Source: Octopus bimaculoides (Eukaryota). Taken from it: 48,911 nt of DNA. The stretch lies in contig NC_068995.1 of assembly GCF_001194135.2 (NCBI RefSeq), forward strand, positions 16,365,019 through 16,413,929. Reading direction: 5' to 3'. Position 1 is the first letter of the stretch, and every line of letters starts with the position of its first letter. The notes beneath the pieces are model-generated. The model was given only the letters and a program-made list of their open reading frames with translations. It did no database searches and had not been told where the DNA came from. Of the stretch, positions 48,388 through 48,911 are shown one piece after another. The position numbers and the translations under genes are program-made.

Positions 48388-48911
48388 TATCATCATTATC
48401 ATTATCATCATTATCATTATCATAAATTATAATTATCATCATTATAATTATCATCATCATAATTATCATCATTACCATTATCATAATTATCATCATCATT
48501 ATCATCATCATCATTATCATCATCATTATAATTATCATCATTATAATTATCATCATTATCATTATCATCATTATCATTATCATCATTATCATTATCATCA
48601 TTATAATTATCATCATTATCATTATCATAATTATCATTACCATCATTATCATCATTATCATTATCATTATTATCATTATCATCATTATCATTATTATAAT
48701 TATCATCATTATAATTATCATCATTATCATAATTATCATCATTATCGTTATCATCATTATAATTATTATCATTATCATCATTATAATTATCATCATTATA
48801 ATTATCATCATTATAATTATCATCATTATCATTATCATTATCATCATTATAATTATCATCATTATAATTATCATCATTATAATTATCATTATCATTATCA
48901 TAATTATCATC
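48388..48911. repeat. (ATC/ATT)n satellite with higher-order catcattataattat units, runs off window end
   Basis: More than 500 bp of trinucleotide-phase repeat, preceded by a 24-bp tandem repeat at 48302-48360. Confidence 0.9.

Noticed and set aside
48371-48910. 179-aa Met/Ile ORF
   Set aside because: Translation of the (ATC/ATT)n satellite.

Overview
AT-rich, microsatellite- and SINE-dense animal genomic DNA with 12 N-gaps. The repeat families look like Octopus (coleoid cephalopod); this is inference from recognised repeats, not from a search. The window lies inside one + strand gene. Seven small GT-AG exons (1320-1401, 2749-2854, 15389-15499, 23308-23399, 34221-34379, 40295-40465, 46704-46796; 814 nt) splice in compatible phases into one open frame: (D)FHPTLRATVTAISVQHLQENCQQWIES-CMQSVKAGVTKLLSFVNTVKRLADIRAAVWDLLLQ-ETNFPKWQMVCEKIFINGQVMSVWSVFLQPQFVDRIK-SLIQYQLDSTAELTKRHLSKVVMELASPDER-SMFAEVDLAKFIWIESPADIPPNTAWIPASQKTLSSGGGLLMKACTYTPTIQS-LCKTFNDKLKTMLEDVTPYLNAEGETSNSQPSPFDQLADSPEIKGFVKKSTENCIIQ-VLEYISGQMQLWKKSLEEIQDKITNEITIN. 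I recognise this as the middle of COG1 (conserved oligomeric Golgi complex subunit 1); start and stop lie outside the window. The introns hold several tRNA-derived SINE families, a (GAT)n-tailed retroposon family, piggyBac-type MITEs, a mariner relic, an RTE-LINE 5' UTR fragment and a solo LTR with a 5-bp target-site duplication. Nearly all ORFs in the supplied track are microsatellite or N-gap artefacts. The most interesting signal is at 38991-39583: a head-to-head inverted pair of a tRNA-headed (Pol III type) element carrying a minimal type I hammerhead ribozyme. The core is intact on the antisense copy and has the G5A change on the copy read in the host pre-mRNA. Two other foldback palindromes (28190-28543, 33449-33505) are centred on RNA hairpins of retroposons. 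All repeat boundaries are approximate unless a TSD or TIR is quoted.
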